This document shows, in pieces, positions 1-8,726 of a DNA stretch of 42,951 nt. Position 1 is the stretch's first letter. Every line of letters starts with the position of its first letter. The notes under the pieces are model-generated. The model was given only the letters and a program-made list of their open reading frames with translations, made no database searches and was not told the DNA's origin. The stretch is from Pseudomonadota bacterium. Its GTDB lineage: Bacteria; Bdellovibrionota; FAC87; UBA2466. The translations under genes and the position numbers were made by a program. The stretch is taken from the NCBI GenBank assembly GCA_043718025.1, contig JAYSWN010000012.1, positions 1 through 42,951 of the forward strand, in the 5' to 3' direction.

Positions 1-1
1 T

Positions 2-688
2 AAACCCCAGGGCGTAGTGACTCATCCGGGCGCCGGCCACCACGGCCCGACCCTTGTGAATTACGTGATGCACCACCTGCGCAATCACTCAAGCTTCTCT
101 GATTTTAAGGACACCGATCGCCCAGGAATCATTCACCGTTTAGACCGTGGCACCTCAGGGGTGATCTGCATCGCCAAAAACCGGACCGCCTTAGAAATTA
201 TCAGTGCTCAGTTTAAAGACCGGCAAACGTCGAAACAGTACGAGGCCCTAACCTGGGGAAAAATGGGGCCGCAGGGACGCTATAAGAGCGCGATCGGACG
301 CGATAACATTAATCGTAAGAAAATGAGCACCCGCACCGCCCACGGCCGCGATGCGGTGACTGAATGGAAAGCCGAAAAGAATTTTTCTCATTTTACCTGG
401 GTAAAACTTTTTCCAAAAACCGGACGCACGCACCAACTACGCGTTCACCTTTCCGAGGCTAAATTTCCGATTGTGGGCGACGCCACCTACGGCGGTAAGC
501 GCCAGGTAAAGAATCTGCCGCTGGTTGAACCGATCAAGGCCTTTTTAGAAAAAATTGAGACTACCTTTCTTCATGCCGAAATGCTTTCAATCACCCACCC
601 CTCCACCGGAAAGGTGCTCACTTTTACCGCCCGACGTCCCGCCGTTTTTGACGAAGCTCTAAATCTATTTGAGACTATGGACAGATGA
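2..688 (+). CDS. rluD: RluA/RluD-family 23S rRNA pseudouridine synthase (5' end lies outside the window)
   Basis: The frame is open from the window edge (KPQGVVTHPGAG). It has the catalytic HRLDRGTSG, TGRTHQLRVH and PIVGDATYG motifs, and pgeF follows as in the conserved rluD-pgeF pair. Confidence 0.93.
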   Translation, partial: KPQGVVTHPGAGHHGPTLVNYVMHHLRNHSSFSDFKDTDRPGIIHRLDRGTSGVICIAKNRTALEIISAQFKDRQTSKQYEALTWGKMGPQGRYKSAIGRDNINRKKMSTRTAHGRDAVTEWKAEKNFSHFTWVKLFPKTGRTHQLRVHLSEAKFPIVGDATYGGKRQVKNLPLVEPIKAFLEKIETTFLHAEMLSITHPSTGKVLTFTARRPAVFDEALNLFETMDR

Positions 689-1314
689 ATTCGTTTCTCC
701 AAAATTTTAGTCATGGGTCAATCCGCTGGGGCTTTGCGATCGAAGCTAAGGGAAAAACCGCCCCCCTGTTCACTCAGGTTCACGGCAACCATCTCATCGA
801 AATCATTGACCCGTCCGTTCACCGCCAAACTCTGGCGGCGGCCGACGGCGGATTCAGCTTTAAGTCAGGCGTCGAAATCTCAGTTTTTACGGCCGACTGT
901 TTTCCGTTGCTGTTTTTCACGGATCAGAAAATCGCCGCCGTGCACGCTGGCTGGCGCGGAAGCCTGGCAGGGATTGCTCGGGAGGCAACCCATCGCTTGG
1001 GGCTAAAAGGGGGCGATTACCATCTTGTGATGGGACCGGCCTTGCTCGATTGTTGTTTTGAAGTGAAAGAGGATTTCGTAGACAGCTTCAAATCCAAGGG
1101 GCGAAATATCGATGCTTATTTGGAAAGTCGGGAAGCAAAACTGTACTTCCATCATGACCGTTTCGTTATAGAAGAGGAGCTGAAAGAGATTCCCCCCAGA
1201 GCAATTCACGCCGAAATGCGAATCTGTACGTTTTGTTCTTCGACCACTCTACCGTCCTACCGCAGAAACAAAGGCACCGATCCGCGAATTCGCAGTTGGA
1301 TAGTCCGCGACTAG
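685..1314 (+). CDS. pgeF: PgeF/YfiH laccase-domain purine nucleoside phosphorylase / peptidoglycan editing factor
   Basis: Motifs QVHG, TADCFP, HAGWRG, ICTFC and SYRR; ATGA overlap with rluD. Confidence 0.92.
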   Translation: MNSFLQNFSHGSIRWGFAIEAKGKTAPLFTQVHGNHLIEIIDPSVHRQTLAAADGGFSFKSGVEISVFTADCFPLLFFTDQKIAAVHAGWRGSLAGIAREATHRLGLKGGDYHLVMGPALLDCCFEVKEDFVDSFKSKGRNIDAYLESREAKLYFHHDRFVIEEELKEIPPRAIHAEMRICTFCSSTTLPSYRRNKGTDPRIRSWIVRD

Positions 1315-1763
1315 ACCTTTACCCTGAGCCAACGCAACTGCAGAGCGTCTTCGGTGCCACCATAATATTTCTTCCGCGTTCCCATCAGTTTAAATCCGGA
1401 CGCTTCATAAAGCTTTTTGGCCTGCTGATTTGAAACTCTCACCTCTAAGAAGGCCCGTTTCACTGCACTATTGGCCAATACGCTTTCCAAAATTCGTTTC
1501 CCCAATCCTTGGCCACGAAAGTCAGGATGGGTCGCGATCGAAATGATATCTAAATCTCCCTGCACGAGAAGCCCAACAAAATAGGCCATTAAGCATTTTC
1601 CATCGGCAGATCGGCACCCCACCGCGACCCGCTGGTCATGGTTTAAAAAGTAAAGAAAGTCGGCGGCGGTCCACTTTTCAGGGAAACAGAGCAGCGCAAT
1701 GCCTTTGAGGCCTTCGGCGTCATCAGGAAGTAGAGGAACAATGAGGGGTTTAGCGTCACTCAT
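1311..1763 (-). CDS. rimI: RimI-like GNAT ribosomal-protein N-acetyltransferase
   Basis: Acetyl-CoA motif FRGQGLG, plus LEVRVSN, LYEASGF, RKKYY and EDA. Confidence 0.88.
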   Translation of the reverse strand: MSDAKPLIVPLLPDDAEGLKGIALLCFPEKWTAADFLYFLNHDQRVAVGCRSADGKCLMAYFVGLLVQGDLDIISIATHPDFRGQGLGKRILESVLANSAVKRAFLEVRVSNQQAKKLYEASGFKLMGTRKKYYGGTEDALQLRWLRVKV

Positions 1764-2394
1764 GCTGCGGTAACAGCGTGACCGCCGAATATTTGTTTTG
1801 CAACGACGCCAGCCAGTTCTCCAGCCCCTTTTGCATTCGTTCTTGCCGCAAGAGTCTCGCCACGCTTTGTCGCAACGTCGCCTTATCTGATTCCTGATGA
1901 TTGGCCGAATTTTGGCTAAGGTACTGAGTTATTTCATCTTCGGTAATCAAGGGCGTGAGCGTCTCCATCTTTTTCTCCAAAAACTTATCCACGGTAAGTG
2001 AACGGAAGAGAATCTCTACCGCCTGATCGTCTCTGCGTACATAGAACCGTAAAAACTCGCTCCATTGCTTACGGTTTTTTTTCTGTTGTGACGAGATTAG
2101 ATCAACCGCCTCATTGCGTTTTGGTCCCTGAAACTCCAAAGATTTAATTTCGGAAAAGCACATTTCTTCAAGCAGCGCTCGTTTTGTGTAGCGCTTCAGA
2201 TCTTCTACGGCCAACGGTATAAAAGGGTCGGCCCATTTTTTTTCTTTAAGGCGATGAATCGCCGCAAAGTAGTTGATATCTCGAATGGTGATAACTTTTT
2301 CACCCACCCGAGCCGCCGATCCTGAAAGCAAAACGGCGCCGGTCGCAAAGGGAATGCATGCACTTAAAAATCGAATCGCTAAGCCTAAAAGCAT
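1756..2394 (-). CDS. Exported SurA/PrsA N-terminal-like chaperone domain protein with no PPIase domain
   Basis: N-terminal hydrophobic segment, then AARVGEKVITIRDI, ITEDEITQY and the C-terminal LENWLASLQNKYSAV, all resembling SurA/PrsA N- and C-terminal helices. Confidence 0.55.
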   Translation of the reverse strand: MLLGLAIRFLSACIPFATGAVLLSGSAARVGEKVITIRDINYFAAIHRLKEKKWADPFIPLAVEDLKRYTKRALLEEMCFSEIKSLEFQGPKRNEAVDLISSQQKKNRKQWSEFLRFYVRRDDQAVEILFRSLTVDKFLEKKMETLTPLITEDEITQYLSQNSANHQESDKATLRQSVARLLRQERMQKGLENWLASLQNKYSAVTLLPQHE

Positions 2395-2404
2395 AAGCTA
2401 CAGA

Positions 2405-2782
2405 TTATCCCAAATTGGCAATAACTTCGATTTCTACCATGGCGTCTTTGGGAAGTTTGGCCACCTGCACGGTAGAACGGGCCGGAAAGGGTGCGGTGAA
2501 GCAGCTGCCGTAGATCTCATTCACCGTTCCAAAATGGCTTAGGTCGGTTAAAAAGATTGTGGTCTTAATCACGTGCTTATACGTAAGATTCTGTGCCGCG
2601 AGCACCGCTTCAATATTCTTTAAAACACGCTCGGTCTGTTCGGTAATGCCACCGCTCACCATATTTCCCGTACCGGGATCCAGCGGTATTTGGCCACTTA
2701 AAAAGAGAAAATTACCTACTTTAATCGCCTGACTATAGGGACCGATTGCTTTGGGGGCTTTATCTGTGGAAACGGCTTCCAT
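2405..2782 (-). CDS. ridA: RidA (YjgF/YER057c/UK114) enamine/imine deaminase
   Basis: APKAIGPYSQA, SGQIPLDP, PARSTVQVAKLP and VEIE motifs. Confidence 0.95.
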   Translation of the reverse strand: MEAVSTDKAPKAIGPYSQAIKVGNFLFLSGQIPLDPGTGNMVSGGITEQTERVLKNIEAVLAAQNLTYKHVIKTTIFLTDLSHFGTVNEIYGSCFTAPFPARSTVQVAKLPKDAMVEIEVIANLG

Positions 2783-2787
2783 TTTGA

Positions 2788-3183
2788 TTATCCTTGGTTT
2801 TTAGTTTCAGCTTCGTCTGACGCTACGGTGGAATCGGCATCCCCTTTTTTTGCAAAGGTGAGCTTTGCTGAGACTTCAACGGTATGGGTCTCCAAAAATT
2901 TCGCGAACTCTTTACTCAAATCCACCTTGGCAAACACCCGCCCCACTTCTTTAACGAGCAGTCCGTAAAAATCGTCTTTTTTCTTACCCATGCCATCGAG
3001 CAGAAGTCCCACCATCTCTTTGGGAAATTTCTTATCTCGCAGCATGCTGCGGATCGAGTCTTCGGTCATGAACAACGTCGCCAAACCGCTGAGCGTGGCC
3101 TCTTTTACCGCCTCTTGCCACCAGGCTTTTTTAGACGACTCTTCTTCTTTAGAAAACTTAGAATCGTCGGCTTCGTCGCTCAT
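2788..3183 (-). CDS. Conserved hypothetical protein, possibly phasin-like amphipathic helical
   Basis: 131-aa ORF coupled to the upstream gene (1-nt overlap). The segment LSGLATLFMTEDSIR resembles the phasin-family 'GLGA..LTEE' pattern. Confidence 0.6.
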   Translation of the reverse strand: MSDEADDSKFSKEEESSKKAWWQEAVKEATLSGLATLFMTEDSIRSMLRDKKFPKEMVGLLLDGMGKKKDDFYGLLVKEVGRVFAKVDLSKEFAKFLETHTVEVSAKLTFAKKGDADSTVASDEAETKNQG

Positions 3184-3614
3184 TAAGCCCTCGCCTTTGC
3201 CGCAGATTCAAACTTCTCCAACATCTTCGGCAAATTTACTTCGGTTAGTTTCTTAGTGATCCAACCCGGAACCAAAAAACCGAAACCCACTTCTACTTCG
3301 TAGGTTACGTGGCATCTTTTCTCGCCAAGCTTCTTGATGATCCACGCCCCGCGATTTTCTTTGAAAAAATCGCTTTTCATCAATGACCACGAAATTTTAG
3401 CCGGATAATCGATTTCGAATTTAAGATCGTAGTTAAATCGTTTAACCACCTCTAATTCGAAGTTCACCTTTGCGTCTTTTTTTTCATTGCCCCAGGTCGG
3501 CACGGCCTTCTTCACTTCGCCTAGGATCTCTGGGTAATTTTCAAAATCTAAAATTACATCGGCAAGCGCCTCTGCACTCACGCTCATCTCTTTTTCTTTG
3601 GTGACCTTAGCCAT
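3183..3614 (-). CDS. SRPBCC/START (polyketide cyclase, RatA/Coq10-like) lipid-binding protein
   Basis: VILDFENYPE, ISWSL..SDFFKENRGAW and HVTYEVEV, with a C-terminal helix LPKMLEKFESAA. Confidence 0.85.
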   Translation of the reverse strand: MAKVTKEKEMSVSAEALADVILDFENYPEILGEVKKAVPTWGNEKKDAKVNFELEVVKRFNYDLKFEIDYPAKISWSLMKSDFFKENRGAWIIKKLGEKRCHVTYEVEVGFGFLVPGWITKKLTEVNLPKMLEKFESAAKARA

Positions 3615-3629
3615 GACGCTCCCTAACCA

Positions 3630-4589
3630 TTACCAGCCGAATCGCGGCTTCTTATCGAAGCGGTGCGACGATTTGATTTCACGCACGGTTCCTGTTTCCG
3701 ATCGCATCACGATGCTGTGGGTATGGGCCCCCCAACCGGTGTAACGCACGCCTTCTAAATAGCTGCCATTGGTAATTCCGGTGGCAATAAACATTACGTT
3801 GCCCTTGGCCAAGTCTTCCATGCCGTAAACGCGATTTTCGTCCTTGATGCCCATCTCTTTAGCGCGGCTGCGCTCCAAGTCATTGCGGAATTTTAACACC
3901 CCTTGAAAATCACCGCCTAAACAGCGCAACGCGGCGGCCCCAATTACCCCTTCGGGGGCGCCGCCAATTCCCATCAAACAATCAATTCCGGTGTGTTCTT
4001 GGGTCACGGCAATTGCGGCGGATACGTCGCCGTCTCCAATGAGACGAATACGGGCTCCGCTTTTACGAACCTCCGCAATGAGATCGGCGTGCCGTGGCCG
4101 ATCCAAAATGATGACCAACAGATCTTCGATCTTCTTTTCGTTAGCTTCAGCAATTTTTATCAAATTCCAGGTTGGGCCCTTGGTAATATCGATTGCCCCT
4201 TTTGCTTTCGGCCCTACGGCTAGCTTATCCATGTACGTGTCGGGGGCGTGCAAAAAATTGCCGCGTTCGGCGGCGGCAATTACCGAAATGGCTTCGCTGC
4301 GCCCCAAGGCGGTGATTGAAGTGCCTTCTAGGGGATCACAGGCGATATCGATTTGCGGCCCTTTTCCCGGGCCCACTTTTTCACCGATAAAGAGCATTGG
4401 CGCTTCGTCGCGTTCGCCTTCGCCAATCACAATCGTGCCGTCGAAGTGAATCGATTCAAACGCTTTACGCATCGATTCGACTGCCGCCGCGTCGGCCGCA
4501 TTTTCATCACCGCGACCTATCCACCGCCCCACCGCCAATGCAGCGGCTTCAGTCACTCGCACAAATTCTAGAGCTAGATTTCTATCCAT
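3630..4589 (-). CDS. glpX: Class II fructose-1,6-bisphosphatase
   Basis: RVTEAAA, IGEGERDEAPML, DPLEGT, APDTYMDK and GGAPEGV motifs. Confidence 0.97.
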   Translation of the reverse strand: MDRNLALEFVRVTEAAALAVGRWIGRGDENAADAAAVESMRKAFESIHFDGTIVIGEGERDEAPMLFIGEKVGPGKGPQIDIACDPLEGTSITALGRSEAISVIAAAERGNFLHAPDTYMDKLAVGPKAKGAIDITKGPTWNLIKIAEANEKKIEDLLVIILDRPRHADLIAEVRKSGARIRLIGDGDVSAAIAVTQEHTGIDCLMGIGGAPEGVIGAAALRCLGGDFQGVLKFRNDLERSRAKEMGIKDENRVYGMEDLAKGNVMFIATGITNGSYLEGVRYTGWGAHTHSIVMRSETGTVREIKSSHRFDKKPRFGW

Positions 4590-4692
4590 ACGTTTATCTA
4601 ATCTCCCTATTATTGGTGGCCCCTAAACTAATCTGTGGCTAACAAAACGGAAAGCTTAACCTTTATCGCGACCCGATCTAGTCTGAAGGCGA

Positions 4693-5178
4693 ATGGGCAG
4701 TAAAGATGACATTTTGGTCAATACCGGGGCTCTAGGCGAGCCTCCAGCGCCCGCTGACCAACCCGGCATTGAAGCAGAGCATAAAGCGCACGCTGAGCGG
4801 GTTGAGATGGAGCGGCTACAAGAGCTTCTACTCATGCGACGGCGCGACATAAAGGCGGCCTTTGGCCGTAAAAAATGGCGGGAAAAGAAGGCCACCCAGA
4901 CTTTCGGCACCCTACTGAACCTGTTTTTTAAAGACCGTCCCGAAATATTAAGAAAGGTAGATGAAAACTCGGCGCTGCTATCATGGAAAGAGGTAGTGGG
5001 AGAGACTGCGGCCGCTTTCTCTGAAGCCACCCGGTTACGGGGACACACTTTGGTGGTCAGAGTAAAAGACGCCATCTGGATGCAGCAACTCTCACTGCTT
5101 AAGACCACCATCGTCCGTCTTTATCAGAAGAAGTACCCCCAGCTCGGCATTAAGGACATCTACTTCACCCGCTCCTAA
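4693..5178 (+). CDS. dciA: DUF721/DciA replicative helicase loader-like protein
   Basis: W.EVVGE, LVVRVKDAIWMQQLSLLK..I and IKDIYF are the DUF721 signature. The gene is divergent from glpX. Confidence 0.75.
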   Translation: MGSKDDILVNTGALGEPPAPADQPGIEAEHKAHAERVEMERLQELLLMRRRDIKAAFGRKKWREKKATQTFGTLLNLFFKDRPEILRKVDENSALLSWKEVVGETAAAFSEATRLRGHTLVVRVKDAIWMQQLSLLKTTIVRLYQKKYPQLGIKDIYFTRS

Positions 5179-5344
5179 CCCCGCTTTTGGGTTCAAATTG
5201 CTGTCAAACTGGTCAAACTTGTATAACTCTTGGCTAATTCTCTAACCGCTTGAATCCATGTGAATAAACCATCTCTACCGGTGGCCTGTATTCCGGCTGT
5301 CTAATCCCCGAACAATAGCGCGTGCCTAGCCCGCCCAACAATCT

Positions 5345-5361
5345 TTGGACGCCCCTTTGCA
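5345..5361 (+). promoter_or_regulatory. Putative sigma54 (-24/-12) promoter
   Basis: TTGGACGCCCCTTTGCA has GG (5347-48) and GC (5359-60) exactly 10 nt apart, 64 nt before ATG 5425. An IHF-like site lies at 5243-5255. Confidence 0.55.
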
Positions 5362-5424
5362 TTACTACTTCTCGACGCCAATCAAACATTTCACCTTGGT
5401 TTTACATTGATTGGAGATCATCAA

Positions 5425-6909
5425 ATGTCGAAACAACTTGTTGGCGTAATGGCCATGGCCCTCATCGTATTTTCTGGATGCGTCAATTCAAAATCCTCAG
5501 GCGTAAACATCGACGATACCGGTTGCACCGTAAACGGACTCACTTCTAATTCGTCTCGAGTCAGCGCTTCGGCTAACTGCACGGTTCCCTCCCCTATCAA
5601 GAATTACGGCGGGTCTACGGGAAGTTCAGGCTCGACCGGCACATCAGGTAGCTCCGGCTCCTCGGGTGGCAACGCCCCAATCAACACCACCAACGCTAGA
5701 TTGCCTAACTCTGGCCGAACGCCGGCCGATCTTTTAGGCTCTCTCTCTTCCCTAAGCAACTTCGGCTGGGGGCGGGGAAGAAACCCATCGGTTTTTGGAG
5801 ACATCAATAAACCCGAATTTTTGGCCGACTTTCTGGCGAGCCCTACGTTCGGCCCCATGGTGCGCGCGTTGTTTGGAAATAACATCCCGCCCGCGGCTGA
5901 AGCCGTCGAGGAACTTCAAAACGCGATCGAAGCCGGAAAGTTTTTTCCACCAAAAATTCGCCTGCGCCTTTTGGCGGTGGGCTCCCAAACCAGCGGCTTA
6001 GTTAAAATCTACCGCATCATTGAAAGCCGCCAGCCGGTAGAAATTGCCAATTTCTACGCGTTTGATTCTCAGGCGGTCAGCGTTGCTATCGGTGACGTCA
6101 CGGGTGACGGTATCGCCGATGTGGTCGTGGGCGGAAATTCTGAAGTGCGAATCTTCCGGGGCGCCATGTCGGGCGAAAGCGGGTTATCGTTCGCCATCTC
6201 TGGTTTTTTTGCGCCCTATCCCGGCTTTGCCGGCGGGGTAAACGTCGCCACGGGCGATTTTAATGGGGATGGTAAAATAGACATCATCACCGGCGCCGGA
6301 GCCGGCGGCGGCCCCCACGTTAAAGTCTTTGATGGTGCTACCGATTTCAACACCACTACGCACAGCTTCTTCGCCTACGATCAAGCCTTTCGCGGTGGGG
6401 TTTACGTAGCCCTCGGTGACTTCAATGGCGACCACCACGCGGAACTCGTAACCTCGCCTGGCCCGGGCGGCGGGCCGCACGTTAAAACCTGGCGCGGCGT
6501 AGGCACTACGGGCACGCCAGTACAATATGAAAATTACATGGCTTACGATGAAGCGTTTCGCGGTGGCGTATCTATCGCCTGCGCTGATATGGACAATGAT
6601 GGCCGAACTGACTTAGTAACCGGCGCATTAAAAGGCGGAGGACCCCACGCCAAGTTCTTCAGCGGCAGAACCGATAACGTGATCATGAGCCAATTCGTGT
6701 ACCCTGAAGAAATGAAAGCAGGTATTGCAGTAGCCGCTGGCTACATTTTTGGCGAACGCAGTCCAGCTTTTGTAGTGGGGCCGGCGACGGCCTCAAACAA
6801 CTCGGTGATTTTATACTCCTGGCAAGCAGGTCAGAACTTAAAAGAAGAGGCGCGCCTAAGTCCATTCCCAGGTGAAGGCGTTAGCCTTGCGATTGGGGTC
6901 AGTTTCTAA
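5425..6909 (+). CDS. Lipoprotein with Ser/Gly linker and C-terminal FG-GAP/VCBS (integrin-alpha-like) beta-propeller repeats
   Basis: GGAGA RBS at 5413 and ATG at 5425; lipobox FSG-C; Ca-binding repeats GDVTGDGIAD, GDFNGDGKID, GDFNGDHHAE and ADMDNDGRTD with GGGPHVK and FRGGV segments. Confidence 0.85.
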   Translation: MSKQLVGVMAMALIVFSGCVNSKSSGVNIDDTGCTVNGLTSNSSRVSASANCTVPSPIKNYGGSTGSSGSTGTSGSSGSSGGNAPINTTNARLPNSGRTPADLLGSLSSLSNFGWGRGRNPSVFGDINKPEFLADFLASPTFGPMVRALFGNNIPPAAEAVEELQNAIEAGKFFPPKIRLRLLAVGSQTSGLVKIYRIIESRQPVEIANFYAFDSQAVSVAIGDVTGDGIADVVVGGNSEVRIFRGAMSGESGLSFAISGFFAPYPGFAGGVNVATGDFNGDGKIDIITGAGAGGGPHVKVFDGATDFNTTTHSFFAYDQAFRGGVYVALGDFNGDHHAELVTSPGPGGGPHVKTWRGVGTTGTPVQYENYMAYDEAFRGGVSIACADMDNDGRTDLVTGALKGGGPHAKFFSGRTDNVIMSQFVYPEEMKAGIAVAAGYIFGERSPAFVVGPATASNNSVILYSWQAGQNLKEEARLSPFPGEGVSLAIGVSF

Positions 6910-6916
6910 AGGCTTT

Positions 6917-7387
6917 CTATTGGGAAAGGGGCGGCGTGGTCGCCTCTTTTCCAGTACTCCCAAAGCCGTTCTCGCCCCGCGCACTATCTCCCAAAATTTC
7001 TACCACCGTAACTTGCATGCGAATCACTTCGGCCAAAACCAATTGAGCAATCCGATCGCCAGAATTGATAGTAACGGACTCTTGTCCCAAGTTTACCAAA
7101 ATCACTTTCAGCTCTCCCCGGTAATCCGAATCTATCGTGCCCGGAGCATTCAAAACGGTGAGACCTTGCTTAAGCGCCAAACCACTGCGCGGACGTACCT
7201 GAATTTCGTACCCTTCCGGAAGTTCAAAGGCGAGGCCAGTCGGCACGGCCAGACGCTGTCCCGGGGCCACCGTTAGCGATTCGGCAATGCAGGCCGAAAC
7301 GTCGCAGCCGCTGGCGCCAAAGGTTTGGTAGCTGGGAATCGAGGCCGAGGTTGATAGCACTTTTAAGTTTACAGAAATCGTTTCCAC
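6917..7387 (-). CDS. dut: Trimeric dUTP diphosphatase
   Basis: ASGCDV, RPRSGLA, PGTIDSDYRGE, RIAQLV and RGENGFGSTG; GTG start with AAGGAG RBS. Confidence 0.97.
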   Translation of the reverse strand: METISVNLKVLSTSASIPSYQTFGASGCDVSACIAESLTVAPGQRLAVPTGLAFELPEGYEIQVRPRSGLALKQGLTVLNAPGTIDSDYRGELKVILVNLGQESVTINSGDRIAQLVLAEVIRMQVTVVEILGDSARGENGFGSTGKEATTPPLSQ

Positions 7388-7427
7388 ACGATGCTCCTTA
7401 ATAAAATATTCGCGACACAGTTTTCTC

Positions 7428-8726
7428 TCAAGCCACCGAAATCGTCGACGGCACTCCAGTTAAATTTCCAAGCAGCAGAACCGCCTCCCTCTTTTTGTGG
7501 AAAGTATTCTGGGCAAATTTTTGTACGCGGGCTGGGGTTACGGCTTCTACTTCGCGAATCACTTCCTCCACCGAAATATACCGACCAAACACCAGTTCAT
7601 TGCGTCCTAACGACTCTTGCCGCACTTCCATTTGATCGGCGCCCAGCAAAATAGTACCTCGTAGCTGCCCCTTCACGACTTCAAGCTGCGCGTTCGACAG
7701 GGGTTCCTCCATCAAACGTTTAAGCTCGTGCTTTATAATCTCAGCACATTTTTTCACCGACTTAGGGTGAAGGGCACTATGAATCGTAAATACCCCTGAG
7801 TCAGCGTAGGGGATGTAATCGCAATCTACCGAGTACGCCAGTCCGGCCTTCTCGCGTACCTCTTGAAAGAGCCGGCTCGACATACCGCCGCCCAAGAAAA
7901 AACTCAAAATCAAACCATCAAACCGCGCCGGATCACGAAATCCCACGGTTTCAAAACCAATCATCAGATGGGTTTGATCGCTATTAAATGTCTTCCTTTT
8001 TTTGTTCGATTTAAACTTAAGGGCTTTTCTTTCCACCAGCTTCGTGCGCGACGACGTTTTTGGCGAAGCAAAACACTTTTCCACCGTGGCAAACATATCG
8101 CTGAACTCAAAGTTTCCGGCCACGCTAAGCACTAAACTTTCGGGGCGGTAGTGCTTGGTGTAATGCGCCCAAAGCTCTTTAGTTCCAATTGCCTTAATGG
8201 TTTTGCGTGATCCGATAATGGGGCGCCCGAAGGGATGTTTGCCCCAAATCATTTCAAAGAAAATATCTCCCATCATGTCGTCAGGAGAGTCCTCTATCTG
8301 CGCCAATTCCTGCAATAAAACGTGACGCTCTTTTTCAAGCTGATCCGCAGGAAAGGTTGGCGACAAAGACATGTCACTCAAGAGATCCATCACCAGTGGC
8401 AAGTCTTCACTGAGAGAGAAAGCGTGGTAGCAGGTCATTTCCCGATCGGTCCACGCATTGAGTTCGCCGCCGCGAGACTCTAATGCCACCGCAATTTCCA
8501 AAGGACTTCTCCGTTTGGTCCCTTTAAAAACCATGTGTTCAATGAAATGACTCACGCCAGCATGCCGCAGCGGGTCCGCAGCACTTCCGACATTCACCCA
8601 CACACCGGCCGAAAGCGAACGGACTGAGGGGTGGCGTTCCGCCACCACCGTCAGTCCGTTATCTAATCTTCGCTTCTGGAATTCTATGCCCACGGGTAAG
8701 TGGTCGGCCTTACCGATCTTCATCAT
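7428..8726 (-). CDS. M16 (pitrilysin/MPP-like) zinc peptidase
   Basis: Inverted zinc motif HFIEHMVFKGT, LNAWT and GGGMSSRLFQEVREKAGLAYS; conserved pnp-M16-dut order. Confidence 0.93.
   Translation of the reverse strand: MMKIGKADHLPVGIEFQKRRLDNGLTVVAERHPSVRSLSAGVWVNVGSAADPLRHAGVSHFIEHMVFKGTKRRSPLEIAVALESRGGELNAWTDREMTCYHAFSLSEDLPLVMDLLSDMSLSPTFPADQLEKERHVLLQELAQIEDSPDDMMGDIFFEMIWGKHPFGRPIIGSRKTIKAIGTKELWAHYTKHYRPESLVLSVAGNFEFSDMFATVEKCFASPKTSSRTKLVERKALKFKSNKKRKTFNSDQTHLMIGFETVGFRDPARFDGLILSFFLGGGMSSRLFQEVREKAGLAYSVDCDYIPYADSGVFTIHSALHPKSVKKCAEIIKHELKRLMEEPLSNAQLEVVKGQLRGTILLGADQMEVRQESLGRNELVFGRYISVEEVIREVEAVTPARVQKFAQNTFHKKREAVLLLGNLTGVPSTISVA

Noticed and set aside
3183..3614. RatA-RatB toxin-antitoxin pair with the 131-aa gene
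   Set aside because: The downstream protein is not RnfH/ubiquitin-like, and an SRPBCC fold alone does not imply toxicity.
4656..5111. Antisense ORF over dciA, and the many other short antisense ORFs within pnp, infB, nusA and the large genes
   Set aside because: They are fully nested opposite well-supported genes and have no motifs.
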